Position numbers and translations under genes: made by a program
Notes under the pieces: model-generated
What the model saw: only the letters and a program-made list of their open reading frames with translations
Database searches by the model: none
Told to the model about the DNA's origin: nothing
Part shown: in pieces, positions 7,964 to 16,204 of the stretch
Numbering within the stretch: the first letter of the stretch is position 1
Layout: every line of letters begins with the position of its first letter
Origin: Alkalilimnicola ehrlichii MLHE-1
GTDB taxonomy: Bacteria; Pseudomonadota; Gammaproteobacteria; Nitrococcales; Halorhodospiraceae
Assembly (NCBI RefSeq): GCF_000014785.1
Contig: NC_008340.1
Coordinates: 2,640,001 to 2,672,000, forward strand
Reading direction: 5' to 3'
DNA: 32,000 nucleotides

Positions 7964-9043
7964 GTGAAGGTCACGCTGCTCTCCAAGTACAGCCGCCTTG
8001 GGGCCAGCAGCCGCCTGCGCTCGTTGCAGTACCTGCCAGCACTGGAGGCGGCGGGCATCAATGTGACGGTATGCCCCCTGTTCGACGATGACTATCTCGA
8101 GGGTCTCTACAGCGGACAAGGGCGTTCGGTCGGGTCGGTGGCTCGTCGCTTTGCCACCCGGGTTCGTGACCTGCGCGAATCGGCACATGCGGATCTGCTT
8201 TGGTTGGAGTACGAGGCGCTGCCCTATCTGCCGCACTGGCTGGAGCACGCCCTGATGCCGCGCGCGCTACCCTACGTGGTGGACTATGACGACGCTGTAT
8301 TTCACAACTACGACCTGTCCGGCCGCGCCTGGGTGCGGCGCCTGCTGGGCCGCAAGATCGACCGGGTGATGGCCCGTGCGGCCACGGTGATCTGCGGCAA
8401 CGACTATCTGGCGGCGCGCGCACGTCAGGCGGGTGCCGGGCGGATCGAATACCTGCCCACAGTGGTCGACACGGACCGTTATCCCTTTACGCGACGGCCG
8501 GGGAATGCCGAGCCGGTTATCGGCTGGATCGGTTCCCCCTCCACCCAGCACTACGTGACGGAGCTTGCCCCGATACTGGAACGCATCGGCGAGAAGCACG
8601 GTGCACGCCTCGTGCTGGTGGGCGCCCGTCCAGACGTAGCGGAGTGGTTCAGGAACCTGCCTGTGGAGGTCGTCCCTTGGTCCGAGGACACCGAGGCGGA
8701 CCAAGTGGCCCGATTCGATATCGGCATCATGCCGTTGCCCGACGGCCCTTGGGAGCGCGGAAAGTGCGGTTACAAGCTAATCCAGTACATGGCCTGCGGT
8801 AAGCCAGTGATCGCCTCCCCGGTGGGGGTCAACATGCGGATCGTGCAGGATTGGAACTGCGGATTGCTGGCCGACGATCACGAGCAGTGGTTCCGGGCCT
8901 TGGACCGGCTGCTTGGCGATCCCAGCGAAAGAGAAACATTTGGGGCGACAGGGCGTGAAGCGGTCGAGGCGCATTACTCCCTGCAGGCCCAGGCACCGCG
9001 TTTGGCTGTTGCTTTGCGTGAAGCCGCCGGGGGCAAACCCTGA
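7964..9043 (+). CDS. GT-B fold (group-1-like) glycosyltransferase, 359 aa
   Basis: GTG start preceded by gagacagggg. MKVTLLSKYSRLGASSRLRSLQYLPALEAAGI... and the C-terminal GIMPLPDGPWERGKCGYKLIQYMACGKPVIASPVGVN are typical of polysaccharide-locus GT-B enzymes. The stop overlaps the next start (TGATG). Confidence 0.75.
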   Translation: MKVTLLSKYSRLGASSRLRSLQYLPALEAAGINVTVCPLFDDDYLEGLYSGQGRSVGSVARRFATRVRDLRESAHADLLWLEYEALPYLPHWLEHALMPRALPYVVDYDDAVFHNYDLSGRAWVRRLLGRKIDRVMARAATVICGNDYLAARARQAGAGRIEYLPTVVDTDRYPFTRRPGNAEPVIGWIGSPSTQHYVTELAPILERIGEKHGARLVLVGARPDVAEWFRNLPVEVVPWSEDTEADQVARFDIGIMPLPDGPWERGKCGYKLIQYMACGKPVIASPVGVNMRIVQDWNCGLLADDHEQWFRALDRLLGDPSERETFGATGREAVEAHYSLQAQAPRLAVALREAAGGKP

Positions 9044-10962
9044 TGTGCGGCATCACCGGCTTCTGGGGCGGGCCCGCGGTGGACGAAGGCATCGCCGGGC
9101 GCATGGCCGCGCGGATCGCGAGCCGCGGGCCGGACGATGCCGGCGCTTGGCGGGACGTAAAGGCGGGCGTGGCGCTGGCGCACCGGCGGCTGTCTGTTAT
9201 TGAGCTCTCCCCGGCCGGCCACCAGCCCATGCGCTCGCCCTGCGGGCGCTACACGCTGGTCTACAACGGCGAGATCTACAATCACCTCGACCTGCGCGTG
9301 GCGCTGGAGACCGCGGGGGGCGCCCCCGACTGGCGCGGGTATTCGGACACGGAGACGCTGCTGGCAGCGCTGGCCCACTGGGGCGTGCCGGAGACGTTGA
9401 CGCGGCTCAACGGCATGTTCGCCTTCGCACTGTGGGATAACCGGGAAGCCACCCTGTTCCTCGCACGCGACCGCATGGGCGAGAAGCCGCTCTATTACGG
9501 GCGCAACGGCGGGACTTTCCTGTTCGGCTCCGAGCTCAAGGCACTGACCGCATATCCGGGCTGGCAGGGTCAGGTGGACCGCGACGCCCTGGCGCTGTAC
9601 CTGCGCTACAACCACGTGCCCGCGCCGCGGAGCATCTACCGCGGTATCGGCAAGCTGCCGCCGGCGCATTACGTGGCCGTGCGTGACGGCGGGCGGAACG
9701 TGGGTGAGCCGCAGTGCTACTGGAGTCTGGGCGAGATCGCCGAACAGGGGGTAATGCAGGCCGGCGGGTCAGCGCACGAGCTGGCCGACGAGCTGGACGG
9801 GCTGCTGCGCGACGCCGTGGGCCGGCGCATGGCGGCGGACGTGCCGCTGGGGTCGTTCCTCTCCGGCGGGTTCGACTCCAGCATGGTCGCCGCGCAGATG
9901 CAGGCGCAGAGCGAGCGGCCGGTGAAGACCTTTTCCATCGGCTTCCACGAGGCCGGGTACAACGAGGCCGACCACGCGCGGGCGGTGGCGACGCACCTGG
10001 GTACGGATCACACGGAGCTTTACATCACGCCCGAGGAGGCCATGGCGGTCATCCCGGAGCTGCCAGCAATCTTCGACGAGCCGTTCGGCGATTCCTCGCA
10101 GATCCCCACCTACCTTGTCAGTCGGATGGCGCGCGAGCACGTGACCGTGAGTCTGTCCGGAGACGGGGGTGATGAGCTGTTCGGGGGTTATAATCGCCAC
10201 GTGGTCGGCCCGGCGCTCTGGGGGCGGCTGGCGCGGTTGCCGGCACCGTTGCGGCGCGGGCTGGGCCGTGCGGTGGGCGTGGCCGCGCGAATAGATCGGC
10301 TGCCCGGCGCGGGGCGCGTACCGCAGTTGGGTGAGAAGCTGGACAAGCTGGCCAGCGCCATGCGGGCGAGCGGCGGCACAGCCTTCTATAAGGACCTGCT
10401 TTCGCACTGGAAGACACCCGCAACGGTGGTCCGCGGGGCGAGTGAGCCGGCTAGCCTACCGGACCGTATCGAGGCCATGCCGAATCTGCCCGGCCTGCGA
10501 GAACGGATGCTGTACCTGGACATGATGACCTACCTGCCGGACGACATTTTGACCAAGGTGGACCGGGCCAGCATGGCGGTCAGCCTGGAGGCGCGGGTGC
10601 CGCTGCTCGACCATCGGCTGGTGGCCTTCGCCTGGCGGGTGCCCACGGACTACAAGGTGCGCGACGGGCAGGGCAAGTGGCTGTTCCGCCGGGTGCTGGA
10701 CCGCTACGTGCCGCGGGCGCTCATGGAGCGGCCCAAGATGGGCTTCGCCGTGCCCATCGAGCACTGGCTGCGCGGCCCCCTGCGCGACTGGGCCGAGGTC
10801 TTGCTGGACGAGCGGCGCCTGGAGCGGGAAGGCTTCTTCCACCCCGCGCCGATCCGCCGAATGTGGGCGGAGCACCTTTCCGGTCGGCGCCGGCACCATG
10901 CACCGCTGTGGAACGTGCTGATGTTCCAGGCGTGGTCGGAAAGGCAGGAGAGGATCGGCTGA
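9043..10962 (+). CDS. Asparagine synthase (glutamine-hydrolysing) family amidotransferase, 639 aa
   Basis: MCGITGFWG carries the Cys2 nucleophile of class-II amidotransferases. The PP-loop is FLSGGFDSS. Its size and position inside a glycan operon match the sugar-amidating paralogues. Confidence 0.9.
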   Translation: MCGITGFWGGPAVDEGIAGRMAARIASRGPDDAGAWRDVKAGVALAHRRLSVIELSPAGHQPMRSPCGRYTLVYNGEIYNHLDLRVALETAGGAPDWRGYSDTETLLAALAHWGVPETLTRLNGMFAFALWDNREATLFLARDRMGEKPLYYGRNGGTFLFGSELKALTAYPGWQGQVDRDALALYLRYNHVPAPRSIYRGIGKLPPAHYVAVRDGGRNVGEPQCYWSLGEIAEQGVMQAGGSAHELADELDGLLRDAVGRRMAADVPLGSFLSGGFDSSMVAAQMQAQSERPVKTFSIGFHEAGYNEADHARAVATHLGTDHTELYITPEEAMAVIPELPAIFDEPFGDSSQIPTYLVSRMAREHVTVSLSGDGGDELFGGYNRHVVGPALWGRLARLPAPLRRGLGRAVGVAARIDRLPGAGRVPQLGEKLDKLASAMRASGGTAFYKDLLSHWKTPATVVRGASEPASLPDRIEAMPNLPGLRERMLYLDMMTYLPDDILTKVDRASMAVSLEARVPLLDHRLVAFAWRVPTDYKVRDGQGKWLFRRVLDRYVPRALMERPKMGFAVPIEHWLRGPLRDWAEVLLDERRLEREGFFHPAPIRRMWAEHLSGRRRHHAPLWNVLMFQAWSERQERIG

Positions 10963-10963
10963 G

Positions 10964-12004
10964 ATGGGCCCTTACTGGCTGTTCTTCCTGGTCCCCCTGC
11001 TGGGTCTGTTCAGCCCGAAGCGGCTCGCACCCGACGCACGGCTGGCCGCCTGGTGCCTGATCGGGTTGTTCTTTGCGCTGGCCATCGGCTTGCGCCATGA
11101 GGTGGGGGGGGACTGGGGATCCTATCTCGCTTACCTGAAGCGTGCGGGGGAGATGAGTCTGCAGGAGGTGCTGCTCGCCAGTGACCCGGGGTATTACCTG
11201 GTCAACTGGCTGGTGGCGCAGTTCGGGGGCGGCATCTATTGGGTCAACCTGATCTGTGGGGCCATCCTGATGGCGGGCGTGGTGAAGTTCGCCCGCCGGC
11301 AGCCACTGCCGTGGCTGGCCCTGCTGGTGGCAGTGCCCTACCTGATCATCGTGGTGGGCATGGGCTATACCCGCCAGGCGGTGGCCCTGGGGCTGGTGCT
11401 GCTGGCCTTGGTGGCCTTGGGGGATGGTCGCACGCGGACATTTATTGGTTGGGTGCTGATTGGCGCCGCCTTCCACAAATCGGCCGTGCTGTTGTTGCCA
11501 GTGGCAGGCCTGGCGGCCAGCCGCAATCGCTGGTTTTCGATGGCGATGGGCGCGCTGGCCGCGCTGATCGGGGGCTATATCTTCCTGTTCGACTCGGTGG
11601 ACCACCTTTGGACCCACTACGTTGAGGCGGACTACCACTCCCAGGGCGGGGTCATCCGGGTGATGATGAACGCGGTTCCGGCGGCGCTGTTCCTGTTGCT
11701 GTATCGGTATTTTCGCCTGGAGGAAGGAGAGCGCCGGTTGTGGTGGTGGATGGCGGTGTTCGCCCTTGTCTGTATTCCGCTGGTACTGGTGTCGTCGACG
11801 GCGACCGACCGGGTCGCCTTGTACCTGATCCCCGTCCAGATGTTCGTGTTCGCGCGCCTGCACACCCTGGTGCGGGATCCGCTGCATCGGAGCTACGTGG
11901 TGGTCGCGGTGGTGACGTACTACGCCCTGGTGCTGGCCGTATGGCTGGCCTATGCCGCCCACTCCCAATTCTGGCTGCCCTACCAGGTGGCCTGGTCCGC
12001 CTAG
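10964..12004 (+). CDS. EpsG-family / Wzy-type polysaccharide polymerase (polytopic membrane protein), 346 aa
   Basis: Highly hydrophobic with ~10 predicted TM stretches. It has the EpsG-type signature GLRHEVGGDWGSYLAYL near the N-terminus. It starts 1 nt after the upstream stop. Confidence 0.75.
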   Translation: MGPYWLFFLVPLLGLFSPKRLAPDARLAAWCLIGLFFALAIGLRHEVGGDWGSYLAYLKRAGEMSLQEVLLASDPGYYLVNWLVAQFGGGIYWVNLICGAILMAGVVKFARRQPLPWLALLVAVPYLIIVVGMGYTRQAVALGLVLLALVALGDGRTRTFIGWVLIGAAFHKSAVLLLPVAGLAASRNRWFSMAMGALAALIGGYIFLFDSVDHLWTHYVEADYHSQGGVIRVMMNAVPAALFLLLYRYFRLEEGERRLWWWMAVFALVCIPLVLVSSTATDRVALYLIPVQMFVFARLHTLVRDPLHRSYVVVAVVTYYALVLAVWLAYAAHSQFWLPYQVAWSA

Positions 12005-12073
12005 GCGGCCGGACCACCGGGCCGGGGCATTGGCGATATCGGAACGCTCACGGTTCTTAACAGGGAGCAGACT

Positions 12074-13213
12074 ATGGGACGGTCCGGGGTGGTGGCGCTG
12101 GTCTCGAACACCTCTTGGTATCTCTACAACTTCCGGCGCGGGACGCTGGCGGCGTTACGCGATGCGGGATACCGGGTGGTGTGCCTCGCGCCGCCGGATG
12201 CCTATTCCAGGCGGCTGGAGGAGGAACTGGGCGCAGAGCACCTGCCCCTGGCCATGGAGGGGAAGAGCACCCGGCTATGGGACGAGGCCAGGAGCCTGCT
12301 GACACTGGCCAACACGCTGCGCCGCCTGCGCCCTGCCTTCGTCTTCAACTACACCGTCAAGGCGAACATCTACTCCGGCCTGGCCTGCCAGGCGCTGCGC
12401 ATTCCCTACGCCAACAATGTCTCCGGGCTGGGTACCGCCTTTATCCACGACGGTTGGCTGTTCCGGCGCGTGCGTTCGCTCTACGGCCTGGCCAACCGGG
12501 GCGCGCGGCAGGTGTTCCTCCAGAACCCCGATGACCACGCCCTCCTTCAGTCCCACGGCCTGTTGCGCAACTCCCCGACGATGGTGCTCCCCGGCTCAGG
12601 CATAGACACCGCGCGGTTCGACTTTTCGCACCTGCCGGACGCGTCACCCTTCACCTTTGTGATGATCGCGCGCCTGCTCGGGGACAAGGGGGTACGAGAG
12701 TACGTCCAGGCCGCCGAGTTGGTGCGTGAACAGCACCCCGATACCCGCTTTCTGCTCGTCGGTCCGCACGGCGCCAGCAACCGCACCGCAATCCCCGAGG
12801 AAGAGGTGCGCGCCTGGCAGGCACGGGGTGTGGTGGAGTACCTGGGTGAGCAGGAGGATGTTCGCCCTTTCATCAGGCAATCGCACATCCTGGTACTGCC
12901 CTCCTATCGTGAGGGCATGCCGCGGACCGTACTGGAGGCGGCTGCCATGGGGCGCCCGGCCATCGTGTCCGATGTGCCTGGGTGCCGGCACGCCGTGGTT
13001 GATGGCGAAACCGGCTGGCTGGCCCCGGTTAAGCGCCCGGAGGCTCTCGCCCGGCAAATGGTCGACTGCGCGGCGCTGCCGCGCGAAGCGCTGGCGCAGG
13101 CGGGCAGCACAGCACGCCAACGTATCGAGCGGGTGTTCGATGAGCGTGTTGTGGTGGCGGCCACGCTGGCCTGCCTACGGGATGAGCCTGTGGGCGCCAG
13201 CGGCTCGCAATGA
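12074..13213 (+). CDS. Group-1 (GT4) glycosyltransferase, 379 aa
   Basis: agggag RBS upstream. VALVSNTSWYLYNFRRG... N-terminus and the E-x7-E region YREGMPRTVLEAAAMGRPAIVSDVPGC. Confidence 0.85.
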   Translation: MGRSGVVALVSNTSWYLYNFRRGTLAALRDAGYRVVCLAPPDAYSRRLEEELGAEHLPLAMEGKSTRLWDEARSLLTLANTLRRLRPAFVFNYTVKANIYSGLACQALRIPYANNVSGLGTAFIHDGWLFRRVRSLYGLANRGARQVFLQNPDDHALLQSHGLLRNSPTMVLPGSGIDTARFDFSHLPDASPFTFVMIARLLGDKGVREYVQAAELVREQHPDTRFLLVGPHGASNRTAIPEEEVRAWQARGVVEYLGEQEDVRPFIRQSHILVLPSYREGMPRTVLEAAAMGRPAIVSDVPGCRHAVVDGETGWLAPVKRPEALARQMVDCAALPREALAQAGSTARQRIERVFDERVVVAATLACLRDEPVGASGSQ

Positions 13214-13229
13214 GGGAGGATGGCTGCTA

Positions 13230-14645
13230 TTAGCGAGGCCGGACCTGGTAGCCCCTCGCCAGGGTGTCCATCGTATCTTCGCGAACCGCCCGCATGAACG
13301 CGTCCCAGGCGGCCCGTTCCGTATCGAATTGCTGGCTCCACTGAACAGGTGGGTTTACACCATCATAGGTCTCCAGGGTCCAGTGGGTGTCCTTGGCGTA
13401 CCGGAAGATTCGCACGTCGACGGCCAGACCATCCTGAATGAACATTCCGGAATAGTCCGAGTCGACGCGCACGGCGATCAGCGGAGGGTTAAGTGAGTCG
13501 GGCGAAGCCACCGCATCCTGTCTCCGGTTGAGGGCGCTGAAGGGCCACCTGGCACGACGGTAGAGCGTTGCAAGCCGCATGATCATCAGATGCAGCCCGC
13601 CAAAGGCCAATGCGAAGAAGGCAAGCGCCACGTACGCGGCCACTGCCTGATTCCAGAGTATAACGCCGGTGGCCACCGGTAGCGCAATTATCGGCGCCAT
13701 CACCAGCGTCGCCAGTGGATTGGTCAGTTCACGGCGGTTGGAGCCGAACCAGACCACCTCCAGGCACCGCCGGATCTTCTGGTGCAGGTGCATCTTGTCG
13801 GGTTCAGCAATGCGCTGCCGCGCCAGGAACCTGCGGAGGATGGTGTGCAGGGTGTCTGCAAGTGGCCAGAAAAGGACGAGAACCACCGCAGCAAACGCAA
13901 CCGCTGGGGCCAGCATAACCAGGGCGATGGCCAGCCAAGCCAGCAGGTGCCCAATGCCGTAGGAGCCCGCATCCCCAAGGAACAGCCTGCCCAGCGGCCA
14001 ATTCCACGCCAGGAACCCCAGGCAAGCCGCCCCCAGCAGCATGGCAAAGAGGCTTATCTCGGGCTCGCCAGCCTGGTAAGCGATCGCGCTTAGCCCGGCA
14101 GCCGCCACGAGTGCGGTGAAGGCCGCCAAGCCATTCATACCGTCAATCAGATTGACCGCGTGGCAAAAACCGGCCGCGCCCAGCACCGTGAGAACGATCG
14201 CCAGGGGCATGAAGGTCATCAGCAGGTCAATGCCTGGTAAGTCGGCCCTCGGCACCCAAAGGCCCAGGATCAGGACGCAGGCCGCTGCCGATATGGCGGC
14301 GGCCATCAAGCGGCCCCGGGGTGAGACAGGATAGCCCAAGTCCTCCGCCAGCCCCGCCATCAGCACCGGCAAGGCTGTCAGCAGGAGGAGCATGGTGAAG
14401 CTGATATCGGTCGTCCCGCTCAGGACCAGGGCGCCGGCCAGCACCCCGCCAAAGATCGCGACCCCGCCCAACCGCAGCACCTCGCCGGTGTGCGAGGCCT
14501 GCACGGCATCCAGGTCGTTCCGGTCTCGCGTCAGACGGGATAACGCAGGTTCCGCCGCGACCAGCACCCAACCAATGAGAAGGGAGGTCAGGATCGCCGT
14601 CACGGCAGGATCTGTTAGCGTTTGCAAACCAAGCTCCAGCGACAT
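13230..14645 (-). CDS. Polyprenyl-phosphate N-acetylhexosamine-1-phosphate transferase (MraY/WecA/WbpL family) with ~109-aa C-terminal extension, 471 aa
   Basis: It has the family motifs LAEDLGYPVSP, AVNLIDGMNGLA and FLGDAGSYGIGHLLAW, plus ~11 hydrophobic segments. The likely start is ATG 14645 (MSLELG..., gggaag upstream), not the track's 14834. The soluble tail is 13233-13559. Confidence 0.85.
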   Translation of the reverse strand: MSLELGLQTLTDPAVTAILTSLLIGWVLVAAEPALSRLTRDRNDLDAVQASHTGEVLRLGGVAIFGGVLAGALVLSGTTDISFTMLLLLTALPVLMAGLAEDLGYPVSPRGRLMAAAISAAACVLILGLWVPRADLPGIDLLMTFMPLAIVLTVLGAAGFCHAVNLIDGMNGLAAFTALVAAAGLSAIAYQAGEPEISLFAMLLGAACLGFLAWNWPLGRLFLGDAGSYGIGHLLAWLAIALVMLAPAVAFAAVVLVLFWPLADTLHTILRRFLARQRIAEPDKMHLHQKIRRCLEVVWFGSNRRELTNPLATLVMAPIIALPVATGVILWNQAVAAYVALAFFALAFGGLHLMIMRLATLYRRARWPFSALNRRQDAVASPDSLNPPLIAVRVDSDYSGMFIQDGLAVDVRIFRYAKDTHWTLETYDGVNPPVQWSQQFDTERAAWDAFMRAVREDTMDTLARGYQVRPR

Positions 14646-14853
14646 TGTTCTAGGCTTCCCATGCCGACCGACAGATCGGTGAGGCTGACACAGCACATAC
14701 GGCGCCGCGCGGCGGGGCCATGCGCCGGAAAGTGCATCAAGCAGGACTGATGGTTGGAATATAGCAGAGTCTGGAAGGCCGATGAATGCGTTCCTGCCTT
14801 GGCAAAACCAGCACGACGTTGCGTGTTGTCGCATTCATTTGCCAACTCTAAAG

Positions 14854-14904
14854 TTATAACAATCCTCACAATGAAAAGCATTTTCATTGTGAGGATTGTT
14901 ATAA
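14854..14904. repeat. Perfect 24+24-nt inverted repeat with 3-nt spacer, AT-rich
   Basis: ttataacaatcctcacaatgaaaa (14854-14877), gca, ttttcattgtgaggattgttataa (14881-14904). The arms carry TGtTATAAT (14897-14905, plus strand) and TGtTATAAC (14853-14861, minus strand). Confidence 0.95.
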
Positions 14905-14929
14905 TGATGCACCGGAAGGCGCCCTACTC

Positions 14930-15360
14930 TACGTCACTGCCATGCTCTTCGTCACTGCGAGGAGGTGAAGCCGACGTGGCAGTCTACCCCTCTGGATCGC
15001 CACGGGCCTTCGGCCCTCGCGATGGCGGGGAAAGCCTTCGGCCCTCTTGAAGAACTGGACGGTGCAGGAAGCGGAAGGTCGCCCCCACCGTCACTGCGAG
15101 GAGCGCCACCTCCCCCACTGTCACTGCGAGGAGGCGAAGCCGACGTGGCAGTCTACCGCCCTGGATCGCCACGGGCCTTCGGCCCTCGCGATGACGGAGG
15201 AAAGCCTTCGGCCCTCGCGATGACGGGGGTGCCCCGTTCCTCGCTGATTCGCGCCCGCGCAGCGGGGCGGGGGGCTCGCGATGACAGGGGGCATTTTGCG
15301 CCCTTGTGCCTTGTGATGACGGGGGCGGGGGTTTTCACGTCGCGCCTTTTGATGACGGGT
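14930..15360. repeat. Cluster A of a ~77-bp hairpin repeat family (2 full units + several half-units)
   Basis: Full units at 14951-15026 and 15120-15195 read gtcactgcgaggagg.gaagccgacgtggcagtctacc...ggatcgccacgggccttcggccctcgcgatg.c. There is a left half-unit at 15090-15107. Right half-site gatgac(g/a)gg occurs at 15190, 15219, 15280, 15315 and 15351. Confidence 0.9.
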
Positions 15361-15370
15361 AATTGTGTTT

Positions 15371-16180
15371 ATGCAGAAGCTACTTGAATCCGTACACCAA
15401 GCCATGGACGAGGCGGCCCGCGAGGTGATGGCGATTTACGCCGATCCCACCCGTTTCGATACCCAGCACAAGGACGACGACAGCCCCCTGACCGCCGCCG
15501 ATCTGGCGGCGCATCGCTGTCTCTGCCGGCACCTGGAGGCGGCCACGCCGGAGATCCCGGTGTTGTCGGAGGAGTCCGCCGAGGTGCCTTCGGAGGAGCG
15601 CCGGCGGTGGGCGCGCTGTTGGGTGGTGGACCCGCTGGACGGGACCAAGGAGTTCCTCAAGCGCAACGACGAGTTTACGCTGAATGTGGCGCTGGTGGAG
15701 GACGGCCGGGTGGTGTTGGGGGTGGTGGATGCGCCGGCGCTGGGGCGGCGTTATTTTGCCGCCGAGGGTGTGGGGGCCTGGCGGCGGGATGGGGCCGCGG
15801 CCACCGAGGAGCGCCTGTCCGTGGCGTCACCCCCTGCCGAAGGCCGGGCCTGGCGGGTGGTGGGCAGCCGCTCCCACCCCGGGCCGGCGCTGCAGGCCTT
15901 TGTCGATCGGCTGCCCGCCGCCGAGGTGGTGCCCATGGGCAGCTCGCTGAAGCTCTGCCTGGTGGCCGAGGGCAGCGCCGACCTTTACCCCCGGCTGGGG
16001 CCCACCTGCGAGTGGGACACCGCCGCCGCCCAGTGTGTGGTGGAGCAGGCCGGCGGCCGGGTGCTGGATGCCGCGACCGGCGAGCCGCTGCGCTATAACC
16101 AGCGTGATACCCTACTCAACCCCTGGTTCATCGCCTGCGCCGAGCGCCACCCGGCCTGGCGCTTGCCCGATACCGAATAA
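15371..16180 (+). CDS. cysQ: 3'(2'),5'-bisphosphate nucleotidase CysQ
   Basis: Inositol-monophosphatase-fold motifs LSEES and WVVDPLDGTKEFLKRNDEFTLNVALVEDG, plus C-terminal WDTAAAQCVVEQAGG. ATG 15371 is preferred over the track's GTG 15365. Confidence 0.85.
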   Translation: MQKLLESVHQAMDEAAREVMAIYADPTRFDTQHKDDDSPLTAADLAAHRCLCRHLEAATPEIPVLSEESAEVPSEERRRWARCWVVDPLDGTKEFLKRNDEFTLNVALVEDGRVVLGVVDAPALGRRYFAAEGVGAWRRDGAAATEERLSVASPPAEGRAWRVVGSRSHPGPALQAFVDRLPAAEVVPMGSSLKLCLVAEGSADLYPRLGPTCEWDTAAAQCVVEQAGGRVLDAATGEPLRYNQRDTLLNPWFIACAERHPAWRLPDTE

Positions 16181-16204
16181 CCCTGCTGAGTCGATCAATC
16201 TGTT

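Noticed and set aside
7773-7967. A 64-aa ORF (MDSDATERLTATAHDLL...) between IS3 orfB and the glycosyltransferase.
   Set aside because: It spans the candidate IS right end, has no RBS or recognisable motif, and ends by overlapping the next gene's start. It is most likely non-coding junction sequence.
10721-11968. Long antisense ORFs over real genes: 10721..11968 (-), 16112..17065 (-), 16957..18255 (-), 18517..19608 (-), 21127..22158 (-), 24269..25315 (-), 25811..26785 (+), 26437..27729 (-), 26745..27731 (+), 29633..30442 (-), 30597..31961 (-), 30599..31912 (+).
   Set aside because: Each overlaps a gene with strong family motifs on the other strand or in another frame. Their products are His/Arg/Gln/Gly/Pro-rich low-complexity strings.
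14861-14897. Resemblance of the palindrome core (cctcacaatg ... cattgtgagg) to lac-operator half-sites (aattgtgagc).
   Set aside because: The half-sites are in the opposite relative order (CTCACA before TGTGAG) and about 15 nt apart, unlike LacI/GalR operators. No LacI-family gene is in the window.
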